NCBI GenBank assembly: GCA_036012905.1
Contig: DASCQF010000109.1
Coordinates: forward strand, 55,757 to 119,756
Reading direction: 5' to 3'
Length of the DNA: 64,000 nt
Source of the DNA: Vicinamibacterales bacterium
Lineage (GTDB): Bacteria; Acidobacteriota; Vicinamibacteria; Vicinamibacterales; UBA8438
The position numbers were made by a program, and so were the translations under genes. Shown one piece after another: positions 1-9,915 of the stretch. Every line of letters starts with the position of its first letter. The stretch's first letter is position 1. The notes under the pieces were generated by a model, which made no database searches, was not told the origin of the DNA, and saw nothing but the letters and a program-made list of their open reading frames with translations.

Positions 1-2162
1 ATCTTGCTCTTGGTGCCCTTCCCACCCTCGGTATGCCAGATATAGTTCGAACCATAGTTGGCCCAGAGCCCTCGGCCCTTCCAGCCGGTGTTCGGATCGT
101 CGATCCGCCCGTCGAGACCGCGCGAGTAAAAGGCCATCGGGTACGGCACACGAAGGATGACCCACTCGCCGCTCTCCGGGTCCAGCGCGAGCAGCGAGTC
201 CGAGGTCGACCCGTTGGCAATCGGCACATTCTCGCCCATCCCCAGCGTGTTGAACTGGTCGACCCAGCTGTAGTAGTGGAAGTCGGCGCCAACGTTGCCC
301 TCGACGCCACGCATCTTCGGCCCCGGCATCGGATACAACGTCCATCCCTCGGGACAATGCTGGCCGGTCGCGGTCCGTCCATTGGTGACGGCGCACTTGG
401 TACGGTCGAAGCTGGCCATGTGGCTGCTTCCCGAGAGCGCCGCCCAGATGACGCCGTTGCGGTCGACATCGATGCCGCGCGGCGCGAACCCGGTATCCAT
501 CGGGTCAATAGCCGAGTTCTCGATCGACGGCGGCTCATACATCTCGGCAATGCACGTCTCTGGCGGGTTGTCCCCTCGGTCGAGTCGGACGATGGCCCCC
601 GGAAACGGCCCCGTCCGGCTGATCCACACCGAGTCGTCTGTCGGACTGGCTATGATGCCGTAGCCGAATCCGGCCACGCGGGTGTCGAGCGCCGAGTCCG
701 GGCTCTCGGCTCGCGGCTCGTTCCACGGCCTGGTGATTTCACCGTCGCCGTTGGTGTCGAGCACTGTCGGGCACCAGCCCTGTGAGAACTGCCCGTCGCC
801 GGTCTCGTCAAAGACCCGCGTATTGATCCACCCGATGACGTTGCCGTCACCGCTGAACCAAAGCGTGTCGTCCGCATCTTCACCGAACTGCAGGTGGTGT
901 GTGCCAAAGCAGGTGTCGACCAAAACGAACCGCTCACGGGCCGGGTCGTAATAGGACGCATGGCGACCGGTCCGACCATTCGAGTAGTACTGCGCGTAGA
1001 TGTTGTCGGATCCGTCGCGGCACCAGTCTGGATTCTGGAACTGCCGAACCGTCGAGGTCATCCAGACACGGCCCTTTTGGTCCAACATCGGATTGTGTGG
1101 GTCGGACCGCTCATTCGCACCGACGCCCCACAGCTCCTCCTCACCCCAGTAATAGGACGCAACCTGGACGTCTGGGAACCGGGTCGGCATCGTTTCAGGG
1201 TCTGGCCGCACCGGAATCGTCAGCTCTGTCGCCGAATTGGCGACCGGGTCCACCATCGTGATGCTGCCGTGCCCGGCCGACACGCCGTAGACCGGTCCGC
1301 CGGCGTTCATCCGCGGGTTTCGTTTGTCGGTAGCAATCTCGTCGTGGATGAACGAGTGGTCCGTCCCCCAGTCCCACAGCGTGACCACGACGTTCTGCTC
1401 GACGCCATCGGGACGCGGCGGCGCCTCGGGCACGGCGCCGGATGCGATGCGGTCGGTCCAGTCGGCGAACATCTCGAGCGCCGGCTCGCGGCCAAACCGG
1501 TTCATCGTGTTGCTCATCTGGTTGCCACGCTGCCCGGTCTTCACCCGGTGGTCCCAGGCGGCAACCGTCGAGTCGAACTCGTCACGGTGCTGCACGACAC
1601 GGGTGGCATCGTTTCCGAGCTGGTGACAGAGCTGGCACCCCTGCTTCATGTTGTCCACCCAGTGGCCCTGGGTGCGCATGCTTGGGTTGATGCCGTTCCC
1701 GCCGTTCCCGGTGCCGGGGAACTCGCTGGCCGCCGGCGGTTCGATTAGCGAATACCAGTAGTTGCCGGGGTAATACTGGGCGGCGTCGCGCGGCGTCGGC
1801 GCGATCACCGCTTCGAGCGCCACGTCCTCCTGTCCCGTCGACAACCTGACCTTGTCGGAGTCGACCAGGCCGTAGCCTCGGACCCAGACGTCATAGGTCG
1901 CATCGGGCATCTGCGGCAGGACGAACCGGCCACGATCGTCGGTCACAACGACCTTCGCGAACTTCGTATCGAGCTCTTCCGTCTCTGCGATGACCCAGAC
2001 GCCGGCCTCGGGTCCGTTGTCGCTGGTCACGGACCCGGTAATGACCCCGTCGGCCATCGACGCGCCCTGACGAGCTGACGTGGTCGCGGTCCATACGGCA
2101 ACGCCGAGCGCCAACAACAGCATCGGCACGAGCGTGTAACGCTGGCTGATTGCGGTGCGCAT
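1..2162 (-). CDS. Secreted monoheme cytochrome c / probable beta-propeller protein of unknown function (paralog 1, 3' end outside window)
   Basis: Absent from the ORF track because it runs off the edge. Read by hand from ATG at 2162 (MRTAISQRYTLVPMLLLALGVAV, signal-like), with KQGCQLCHQLG, IHDEIATDKR, PHNPMLD, DTCFGTHHL, CPTVLDTNGDG and IWHTEGGKG. Colinear with the protein at 22463-24643. Confidence 0.9.
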   Translation of the reverse strand, partial: MRTAISQRYTLVPMLLLALGVAVWTATTSARQGASMADGVITGSVTSDNGPEAGVWVIAETEELDTKFAKVVVTDDRGRFVLPQMPDATYDVWVRGYGLVDSDKVRLSTGQEDVALEAVIAPTPRDAAQYYPGNYWYSLIEPPAASEFPGTGNGGNGINPSMRTQGHWVDNMKQGCQLCHQLGNDATRVVQHRDEFDSTVAAWDHRVKTGQRGNQMSNTMNRFGREPALEMFADWTDRIASGAVPEAPPRPDGVEQNVVVTLWDWGTDHSFIHDEIATDKRNPRMNAGGPVYGVSAGHGSITMVDPVANSATELTIPVRPDPETMPTRFPDVQVASYYWGEEELWGVGANERSDPHNPMLDQKGRVWMTSTVRQFQNPDWCRDGSDNIYAQYYSNGRTGRHASYYDPARERFVLVDTCFGTHHLQFGEDADDTLWFSGDGNVIGWINTRVFDETGDGQFSQGWCPTVLDTNGDGEITRPWNEPRAESPDSALDTRVAGFGYGIIASPTDDSVWISRTGPFPGAIVRLDRGDNPPETCIAEMYEPPSIENSAIDPMDTGFAPRGIDVDRNGVIWAALSGSSHMASFDRTKCAVTNGRTATGQHCPEGWTLYPMPGPKMRGVEGNVGADFHYYSWVDQFNTLGMGENVPIANGSTSDSLLALDPESGEWVILRVPYPMAFYSRGLDGRIDDPNTGWKGRGLWANYGSNYIWHTEGGKGTKSK

Positions 2163-2405
2163 TTCCTCTGTCCTCCCCTCCGCACGACGACCGTCCTGTG
2201 CGGCTTTCTTGAGCTATGGATGCGGTATCCGCGCACACTGTACCTGAGGTGCCCGGAAGGGGTCAACGGCTGAAGTGGTTCTCGGATATGACGGGCATCA
2301 CTTGGCGAGCGGGGCCCACTTCGATAAGATCTGGGGCCTGTCTGCACGGCGGTGCCCGCCTCCTCCACGGCACAGCGCTATAAAGATGATTCGGACCTGG
2401 AAGAG

Positions 2406-2984
2406 ATGAGCGTGGACCCGATGAGCGCCCGACCGGCCCGTATTGCCCTGCTCTGCGCCATCGCGATGCTGCTTGGCTCTGGGGCGTTCTCGATCTTCAG
2501 CGCCCAGGAGCCTGAACCGGGCGAAACGGCTGCCGCGGCAATGGAAGATGCTCCGACCGGCGTGGCGGACCCCACGGCACAGCCGATCGCCTTCAGTCAC
2601 GCGCACCACGTGACCGAGATCGGCATCGACTGCCAATTCTGTCACGCGTACGCGAGACGCGGACCAATCGCCGGCATCCCGTCAGTCCGGCGCTGCGCTG
2701 GTTGTCACGAGACCGTGTTGAGCGAGGAACCGGAGATTCTGAAGGTGCTCGAGTACTTTGAGAACGAGGAGCCGATTCCGTGGGTACGGGTGCACGACCT
2801 CCCGGACCACGTGCGGTTCACGCACAAGTCGCACGTCCGCGCCGGGGTAGAGTGCGCGGACTGTCACGGCAGAGTCGAGGAAATGGAGGCGGCCGTGCAG
2901 GTCGAGTCGCTCAGCATGGGCTGGTGCCTGAGCTGTCACAAGGAGCGTGACGTGACGCGGGACTGTTTGGCATGCCATCACTAG
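2406..2984 (+). CDS. actA: Pentaheme cytochrome c, alternative complex III subunit ActA
   Basis: Five CxxCH motifs (CQFCH, CAGCH, CADCH, CLSCH, CLACH), QPIAFSH, WVRVHDLPDHVRFTH and LSMGWC. Start 2406 or 2421. Confidence 0.9.
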   Translation: MSVDPMSARPARIALLCAIAMLLGSGAFSIFSAQEPEPGETAAAAMEDAPTGVADPTAQPIAFSHAHHVTEIGIDCQFCHAYARRGPIAGIPSVRRCAGCHETVLSEEPEILKVLEYFENEEPIPWVRVHDLPDHVRFTHKSHVRAGVECADCHGRVEEMEAAVQVESLSMGWCLSCHKERDVTRDCLACHH

Positions 2985-3063
2985 AGGCACGCCTTATCAC
3001 GTGCGTGCGGCATCGCGGGTCTGAGAAACCGTCGCTGCGTCAGGTACAGGAGATGAAGAGTCG

Positions 3064-6000
3064 GTGAGCCGGGGCAAGTCATCGCTGGTCGAGGTGGTCG
3101 AGCGTCGCACGTTCCTCAAGGTGCTGGGGAGCGCCGGCCCGGCGGCGGCGATCGCCGCCTGCTCGCCCGTGCCACCCGAGAAGATTATCCCGTTCGTGAT
3201 CCCGCCCGAGGACGTCATCCCCGGGGTCGCCACCTGGTATGCCAGCGTGTGCGACGAGTGTCCGGCCGGCTGCGGCACCCTGGTGCGCACCCGCGAAGGT
3301 CGGGCGGTCAAGGTCGAGGGCAACCCCGAGCACCCGGTCAACCGGGGCGGACTGTGCGTCCGGGGCCAGTCGTCGCTGCAGGGGCTCTACAACCCGGACC
3401 GGATCACCGGTCCGCAGCGCCGCCGTGTCACCAACGAGGCCGCCGGGCAGAGCGTGCTCGAGCCGGTGCCCTGGGACGAGGCGCAGCAGCAGCTCGTCGA
3501 TCGGCTGCAGACGCTCCGTGACGCCGGCCGTGGCGACCGGGTCGCGCTCGTCACTCCTCCGCTGACCGGCACGATGGCGACCCTGGTCTCCACCTGGGCG
3601 GACGTCCTGGGCGCGCGCTGGGTGCGCTACGAGCCGTTTGCCTACGAAGCGATTCGCCGGGCCAACGCACAGCTGTTCGGACGCGCCGAGCTGCCGCACT
3701 TCGACTTCGCGCGGGCCGACCTGCTGGTCTCGTTCGGCGCCGACTTTCTCGAGACGTTTGTCTCACCGGTCGGCTTCGCCCGCGACCACGCCGGCCAGCG
3801 CCGTGTTCGCGACGGGGAAAAGGCCCGATTCGTCCAGATCGAGCCGCGGTTGTCGATGACGGGCGCGAGTGCCGACGTCTGGCATGCGGTGCCCCCAGAA
3901 ACCGAAGGCCTCGTGGCCGCGGCGATGGTGCGGACGATTGTCGATGAGGGGCGGGCGCAGGGCGTGACCGCCGGGCTTCTCGAGCAGATCGCGGCGCTCG
4001 TCGATGGCGCGTCACCGAACCAGGTCGCCGTGACAAGCGGAGTCTCCGCCGACACCATCCGTGAGCTGGCCCGCGCGTTCTCGGACCCGGCACTGGGCCC
4101 GGGCCGCACCCTCGCCGTGGGCGGGGGCGTTGGCGTCTCCGGCTCGAACGCCACCGCGTCGCACACGGCGGTCACCCTGCTGAACCTGGTCGCGGGCAAC
4201 ATCGGTGCGACCGTCGACTTTTCGGCCGCCTCCGCCCTCGGCACGGCCGCAACCTACGCCGAGATGCGTGACCTGGCCGACGCCATGCGGTCGGGTGATA
4301 TCGAGCTGGCGATCATCCACAATGTCAACCCGGTCTTCACGATGCCGGGAGCCGCCGACTTCGGGGGCGCGCTGGCGCAAGTGCCGTTCGTCGCCGGGCT
4401 GTCGAGCCTGCCGGACGAGACGACCGCACAGGCCGACCTGCTGCTCCCCACCCACACCGCACTCGAAGCGTGGGGCGACAGCAATCCCCGTCACGGTGTG
4501 CATGGCCTGGTCCAGCCGGTGATGCAGCCGGTGTTCGACACCCGGCACGTCGGCGAGGTGCTGGCCGAAGTCGGACGGGCGCTGGGTGACGAACCGGCGG
4601 CCGCGCTGCCGCGGCGTGGGTTCTACCGCTTTCTGCGAGACGAGTGGGAGCAGCTGCAGCCGGTGCCCGAACCGGACCCCGAGGCCGAGGAGCCGGTCGC
4701 ACCCGATTTCGAGCCGTTCTGGGCGGACGCCCTCCGACGGGGCGGCATCACCCTGCCGGTAGAGCCGGTCTCCTTCGAGCTGAGTCCGGCGATCTTCGAC
4801 ACCGATCTGGTCGGCGATCTGACCCCGGCGTCGACCGCCCGAGCCTACACGCTGGTGACCTACCCCTCGCTGCACTTCTACGACGGCCGCGGCGCCAACC
4901 GCCCGTGGCTCCAGGAGATTCCGGAGCCGCTGCTCAAGACGACGTGGGGCACCGGGGTCGAGATGACCTCGGACACCGCACGCGCTCTCGGCGCCGAGGA
5001 AGGCCGCCTGGTCGCGATCGAGTCCGACCACGGTCAGGTCGACGCGAGCGTCATCATCAACCCGCATCTGGCGGACGGCGTGGTCGCGATCGCCATCGGA
5101 CAGGGGCACACCAACTTCGGACGCTACGCCACCGGCCGCGGGGTGAACCCGATCGCCCTGCTCGACCCAGAACCGGAGGCCGCCTCGGGCGGCGTGCGGT
5201 GGCTCGGCACCGGTGTGGACATCACCCCGCGCGAGTTGGAGCGCCCAATTCCGCGGCTCCAGTACACCTTCGACCAGGACGGACGCGAGCTGGCGCAATC
5301 GGTGTCGCTGGCGACCCTGGCGGCCGGAGAGGCGCACGCCGAGGAGCACCACTTCAGCCTGTACCCGGAACACGACCATCCGGTGCATCACTGGGGGATG
5401 GCGATCGACCTGGACGCCTGCACCGGGTGCAATGCCTGTGTGGCCGCCTGCTATGCCGAGAACAACATCCCGGTCATGGGCGCTGACCGGATGCGCCGCG
5501 GCCGCACGATGTCGTGGCTGCGGATCGAGCGGTTCGTCGAACCGGGCGCGGGGGACGCGGGACCGGACACCCGGTTTCTACCGATGCTGTGCCAGCATTG
5601 CGACCACGCGCCGTGTGAGGTGGTGTGTCCGGTCTACGCGACCTATCACACCGACGAGGGGTTGAACGCGCAGGTCTACAACCGCTGCGTCGGCACCCGC
5701 TACTGCTCGAACAACTGTCCCTACAAGGTCCGCCGGTTCAACTGGTTCATGCCGGAGTTCGACGCGCCGCTGCCGCTGCAGCTGAACCCGGACGTCACCG
5801 GCCGAAGTGACGGGGTGATGGAGAAATGCACTTTCTGTGTGCAACGCATCTATGACGGGAAGGACGTCGCCCGGGACGAGAATCGCCCGGTGCGGGACGG
5901 CGACGTGCTACCGGCGTGCGGGCAGAGCTGCCCGACGCAGGCGATCGTCTTCGGCGACACGAACGACCCCGGGAGCCGGGTGTCCCAGCTCTCGAACGAT

Positions 6001-6078
6001 GCACGCGCGTATCACGTGCTGAGCGTGATCAACACCCGGCCGGCGGTGACGTATCTGAAGAAGGTGACGCAGGCATGA
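3064..6078 (+). CDS. actB: ACIII subunit ActB: molybdopterin-oxidoreductase-fold domain fused to a multi-[Fe-S] ferredoxin domain
   Basis: Tat motif ERRTFLK plus lipobox AIAAC. C-terminal CTGCNACVAAC, CQHCDHAPC, CVGTRYCSNNCP and EKCTFC motifs. Operon position fits. Confidence 0.92.
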   Translation: MSRGKSSLVEVVERRTFLKVLGSAGPAAAIAACSPVPPEKIIPFVIPPEDVIPGVATWYASVCDECPAGCGTLVRTREGRAVKVEGNPEHPVNRGGLCVRGQSSLQGLYNPDRITGPQRRRVTNEAAGQSVLEPVPWDEAQQQLVDRLQTLRDAGRGDRVALVTPPLTGTMATLVSTWADVLGARWVRYEPFAYEAIRRANAQLFGRAELPHFDFARADLLVSFGADFLETFVSPVGFARDHAGQRRVRDGEKARFVQIEPRLSMTGASADVWHAVPPETEGLVAAAMVRTIVDEGRAQGVTAGLLEQIAALVDGASPNQVAVTSGVSADTIRELARAFSDPALGPGRTLAVGGGVGVSGSNATASHTAVTLLNLVAGNIGATVDFSAASALGTAATYAEMRDLADAMRSGDIELAIIHNVNPVFTMPGAADFGGALAQVPFVAGLSSLPDETTAQADLLLPTHTALEAWGDSNPRHGVHGLVQPVMQPVFDTRHVGEVLAEVGRALGDEPAAALPRRGFYRFLRDEWEQLQPVPEPDPEAEEPVAPDFEPFWADALRRGGITLPVEPVSFELSPAIFDTDLVGDLTPASTARAYTLVTYPSLHFYDGRGANRPWLQEIPEPLLKTTWGTGVEMTSDTARALGAEEGRLVAIESDHGQVDASVIINPHLADGVVAIAIGQGHTNFGRYATGRGVNPIALLDPEPEAASGGVRWLGTGVDITPRELERPIPRLQYTFDQDGRELAQSVSLATLAAGEAHAEEHHFSLYPEHDHPVHHWGMAIDLDACTGCNACVAACYAENNIPVMGADRMRRGRTMSWLRIERFVEPGAGDAGPDTRFLPMLCQHCDHAPCEVVCPVYATYHTDEGLNAQVYNRCVGTRYCSNNCPYKVRRFNWFMPEFDAPLPLQLNPDVTGRSDGVMEKCTFCVQRIYDGKDVARDENRPVRDGDVLPACGQSCPTQAIVFGDTNDPGSRVSQLSNDARAYHVLSVINTRPAVTYLKKVTQA

Positions 6079-7409
6079 GCTTCGCCAAGGTCAACGACGA
6101 CATACTGCGGACACTGCGACCGCCGGGCGGGTTGTACTTCGTCGGGCTTGCCCTGGCGATCGTCGCCTTCTCGGTCGGCTTGGTGGCGTTTCTGCACCAA
6201 GCCCGGACCGGCATGGGGGTTGCCGGCTACGAACATCCCATTCTCTGGGGCATCTACATCACCAACTTCGTGTTCTGGGTCGGCATCGCGCACTCCGGCA
6301 CGCTGATCTCGGCGGTCCTGTTTCTCTTCCGGGCCAAGTGGCGCACGGCGGTGGCGCGCGCGGCCGAGGCGATGACGGTGTTCGCGGTCATGACCGCGGG
6401 GTTGTTTCCGATTATCCACATCGGCCGCCCGTGGTTCTTCTACTGGCTGTTCCCGTACCCGAACCAGCGGGAGCTGTGGGTGAACTTCCGGTCGCCGCTG
6501 GTCTGGGACGTCTTCGCCATCAGCACCTACCTGACGGTGAGCGCGATGTTCCTGTATCTCGGACTGATGCCGGACATCGCTGCCGTGCGCGACAAGATCA
6601 AGGACTGGCGCCAGCCGATTTACCGCGTGCTGTCACTTGGCTGGCTCGGAACGGACAGGCAGTGGCGACACCACACCGCGTTGTACGGCTTCTTCGCCGC
6701 GCTGGCGACCCCGCTCGTCGTCTCGGTCCATAGCGTCGTGTCCTGGGACTTCGCGACGTCGATCCTGCCGGGGTGGCACAGCACCATCTTCGCGCCCTAC
6801 TTCGTCGCCGGAGCCATCTTCTCGGGGCTCGCGATGGTGATCACCCTGCTGGTGCCGATGCGGCGGATCTTGAAGCTGGAGAGCTACATCACCGTGCATC
6901 ACTTCGAGAACCTCTCGAAGCTGATGCTGACCACCTCGCTCATCGTGGGCTACGCGTATATGACGGAATTCTTCATCGCGTGGTACAGCGGCAGCCCATT
7001 CGAACAGGGGACGTTCATCGATCGGATGTTCGGGCAGTACTGGGGCTTCAGCTGGATGATGTTCACGTGCAACGTGCTCATTCCGCTGCTGCTCTTCTCA
7101 AAGGCGATCCGCACCAATCTGACGTCGTTGTTCGTCATCTCGATCTTCGTCAACATCGGGATGTGGCTGGAGCGGTTCGTGATCATCATGACGTCGCTCT
7201 CGCACGATCTCGACCCGGCGAACTGGGCGGGCGTCTATCGGATCACCTGGGTGGAGACGAGCATCACCATTGGAGCGTTCGGGCTGTTCTTCACGTTGTT
7301 TTTGCTGTTTGTGAAAAATTTTCCGGCCGTCTCGATCACCGAGCTGAAAGAAACGATGGAGCGGCCGGCCGAGGCCGACCCGGCCACTGCCTGGCCGGAA
7401 CCTGTGTAG
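6075..7409 (+). CDS. actC: ACIII subunit ActC (NrfD/PsrC-like quinol-binding membrane subunit)
   Basis: ITNFVFWVGIAHSGTLISA, SPLVWDVFAISTY and SVHSVVSWDF motifs. ATG at 6075 overlaps the actB stop (ATGA). Confidence 0.93.
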   Translation: MSFAKVNDDILRTLRPPGGLYFVGLALAIVAFSVGLVAFLHQARTGMGVAGYEHPILWGIYITNFVFWVGIAHSGTLISAVLFLFRAKWRTAVARAAEAMTVFAVMTAGLFPIIHIGRPWFFYWLFPYPNQRELWVNFRSPLVWDVFAISTYLTVSAMFLYLGLMPDIAAVRDKIKDWRQPIYRVLSLGWLGTDRQWRHHTALYGFFAALATPLVVSVHSVVSWDFATSILPGWHSTIFAPYFVAGAIFSGLAMVITLLVPMRRILKLESYITVHHFENLSKLMLTTSLIVGYAYMTEFFIAWYSGSPFEQGTFIDRMFGQYWGFSWMMFTCNVLIPLLLFSKAIRTNLTSLFVISIFVNIGMWLERFVIIMTSLSHDLDPANWAGVYRITWVETSITIGAFGLFFTLFLLFVKNFPAVSITELKETMERPAEADPATAWPEPV

Positions 7410-7416
7410 CGCCATC

Positions 7417-7920
7417 ATGCCAGAGCAAGTGGAGATTCTCGGCATCTACGACCGCAGCGCGAAGGCGGCGGTCGGCGCCCGCGCAGTCCTCGACGGGGGG
7501 CTGGGCGCGGTGGTCGCCTATGCGCCGGTGCCGGACCACGCCCTCGACCGCGCGTTGCACGTCACCGTCAGCCCGATACGGCTGTTCGTGCTGATCGGAG
7601 GGCTACTCGGGTGCGCCACAGGATTCGTTTTTCCGATCTACACGGTGCTCGACTGGCCGTTGATCACCGGCGGCAGACCGCTCATCTCCATTCCGCCCTT
7701 CGTAGTCATTGCGTTCGAGTTGACGATCCTGTTCGCGGCGGTCAGCGGTATGGCCGGGTTCCTGCTGATGTCGAGGCTGCCGCGCGTCACCGGCCGGCCG
7801 GCGCCCGACGCGCGGTTCACGAACGACATGACGGGTGTCAGCGTGTCCTGCGCGCCAGAGCAGTCGGCGAGCGTGCGGGCGTGTCTCGAACGAACGGGCG
7901 CACACGAGATCAGGGAGTGA
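7417..7920 (+). CDS. actD: ACIII subunit ActD (DUF3341)
   Basis: Two TM segments, WPLITGGRP and FELTILFAA motifs, position after actC. Confidence 0.85.
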   Translation: MPEQVEILGIYDRSAKAAVGARAVLDGGLGAVVAYAPVPDHALDRALHVTVSPIRLFVLIGGLLGCATGFVFPIYTVLDWPLITGGRPLISIPPFVVIAFELTILFAAVSGMAGFLLMSRLPRVTGRPAPDARFTNDMTGVSVSCAPEQSASVRACLERTGAHEIRE

Positions 7921-8426
7921 TGATGGGTAAAGCGACATTGTCGGCGTGGGGACGACGGCTCTTCCTGATCGCGTTGCTTCTCGCGATGACCGGCGCCGTC
8001 ACGTCGGCGCAGCTGAGATTCATGCGCAACATGTTCACGAGCCCGGTCGTGCAGCCGCAGGTAGCGCCGCGGGTGCCGGTTGAGGACACGATCCCGGTCG
8101 ACGGAACCCAGATCCTGGACAAGATATCGTCGATAGACCTGCCCAACCCCCGGCCCAACACGCCCGAGGTGCTGCAAGAGGGCGCGTGGCTGTACGGGGT
8201 CTATTGCGCCGTGTGCCACGGCGCGGACGGGCAGGGCGACGGGCAGATCGCCGAGCACTTCCGGCGAATGCCGAGCATGCCCAGCATCCAGAACCGTACC
8301 GACGGGTTGATCTACGCCATCATCCGCGAGGGCGGAGCCAACATGCCGGCGTTCGCAGACACGATGAGCGTCGATGAACGATGGGCGCTCGTGCACTTCA
8401 TCCGGACGTTTAGAACGCCAGAATGA
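7920..8426 (+). CDS. actE: Monoheme cytochrome c, ACIII subunit ActE-like
   Basis: Single CAVCH, NMPAF (candidate Met ligand), DERWALVHFIR and an N-terminal hydrophobic segment. Start overlaps the actD stop. Confidence 0.85.
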   Translation: MMGKATLSAWGRRLFLIALLLAMTGAVTSAQLRFMRNMFTSPVVQPQVAPRVPVEDTIPVDGTQILDKISSIDLPNPRPNTPEVLQEGAWLYGVYCAVCHGADGQGDGQIAEHFRRMPSMPSIQNRTDGLIYAIIREGGANMPAFADTMSVDERWALVHFIRTFRTPE

Positions 8427-9679
8427 TCTCCGTCGGCACTCCGGTCGTTTCGGACGGCACTCGCCGCCTCTATCTCGGCGCCGGTCTCGTAGGCGCGGCG
8501 GCGTTTCTGTACGGCGTGTTCCTGGGCGACAGCATTCGGGCGTGGCAGTCGTTGCTGGTGAACTTCCTGTTCTTCGGCGGGCTGGCGCAAGCGGGCGTCG
8601 TGCTCTCGGCGATCATGCAGGTGACCACGTCGCGGTGGGGCCGAGCGCTGAAGCGCACCGCCGAGGCGACGTCGGCGTTCCTCCCGGTCGCGTTCCTACT
8701 GTTGCTCGTGTTACTGGCCGGCGTGTCCGCGTGGGCGCCGTGGGTGCACGACCCGGTCGAGGCCAAGCAGGCCTGGCTCAACATCCCGTTTTTCGTAACA
8801 CGCCAGATTCTCGGGTTCTTGCTGCTCAGCGGGATCAGCCTGCTCTACGTGTACCGGTCGGTGCGTCCGGACCTCGGGATGCTCGACCAGTCGGGCGAGC
8901 ACACGGCGGACGGGTTCGCGCGTCGGCTGATCGCCGGCTGGCGCGGTATCCACGAGGAGCGCGAAATCGCCCAGCGAGCTCAGAGCCGGCTGGCACCGGC
9001 GGTGCTGATTGCCTATGGGTGGATTTTCACCCTGGTCGCGTTCGACTTCTTCATGTCGCTGGACCCGCACTGGTTCTCGACATTGGCGGGCGGCTACTAC
9101 TTCATCGGTAACCTGTTCATCGGGCTCGCCTTTCTGGCGGTCGTCGCGGTCTGGGCGCGCGAACGGTTGCAGCTGACGGAATATCTCGGCCCCCACCAGT
9201 TGCACGACGTAGGCAAGCTGCTCTTCGGCTTCTGCATCCTCTGGGCCTACATGTTCTGGTCACAGTATCTGGTGATCTGGTTCGGCGACCTGCCCGAGGA
9301 GACCGAGTTCATCTATCACCGGATGAACGGCGCCTGGGCGCCACTCGCCTGGACCGTGTTCGCCATGGCGTTTGTCATCCCGTTTGTTGTGCTACTGAGT
9401 CGCGCCGTGAAGACCAGTCCGCGCGGACTGACGGCCATCGCGTGTGTGGGTCTCGTCGGCATGTGGCTCGAGCGCTTCATCCTGGTGTCCCCGTCGCTGT
9501 GGCACGGCGAGGGTGTCCCACTGGGTGTCATCGAGCTGCTCGTCACCGCCGGCGTGCTGGGATTGTTCGCGTGGTGCTACACGACGTTCCTCCAGACCCT
9601 CCCAGTGCTGCCATTGGCCGATCCTCGTCTAGAGCCGGCGTCGGCCCATCCCCAGGCGCACGATCTCCATGCGGGGTAA
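8423..9679 (+). CDS. actF: ACIII subunit ActF (NrfD-like membrane subunit)
   Basis: Polytopic protein with MSLDPHWFST, HDVGKLLFGF and SQYLVIWFGDLPEE motifs. Confidence 0.9.
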   Translation: MISVGTPVVSDGTRRLYLGAGLVGAAAFLYGVFLGDSIRAWQSLLVNFLFFGGLAQAGVVLSAIMQVTTSRWGRALKRTAEATSAFLPVAFLLLLVLLAGVSAWAPWVHDPVEAKQAWLNIPFFVTRQILGFLLLSGISLLYVYRSVRPDLGMLDQSGEHTADGFARRLIAGWRGIHEEREIAQRAQSRLAPAVLIAYGWIFTLVAFDFFMSLDPHWFSTLAGGYYFIGNLFIGLAFLAVVAVWARERLQLTEYLGPHQLHDVGKLLFGFCILWAYMFWSQYLVIWFGDLPEETEFIYHRMNGAWAPLAWTVFAMAFVIPFVVLLSRAVKTSPRGLTAIACVGLVGMWLERFILVSPSLWHGEGVPLGVIELLVTAGVLGLFAWCYTTFLQTLPVLPLADPRLEPASAHPQAHDLHAG

Positions 9680-9915
9680 GGAATCAGGCGGGAATGAGTC
9701 CACCATTCTGGACGCCGATGCAGCCCGCACGACGACGTTGTTCGTCGCCGACAGACTCCCTGAATGCGCGCTCCTCGCGCCTCGCCGGACGAGCGCCTCG
9801 ACGCCCGGGATTAGCAAGATCATTTCCGCTCGAGTCCTGAGGCTCGACACTGCGAGAGAGACCGCCGCCTGAGCCGGCGTGATATCCTCGACTGTTTCTA
9901 CCGCGTGAGTGTCTC

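Noticed and set aside
3064..6078. ActB as a catalytic molybdoenzyme such as formate dehydrogenase or polysulfide reductase
   Set aside because: The fused ferredoxin domain and actA/C/D/E/F context indicate ACIII, and Mo binding cannot be supported from sequence alone.
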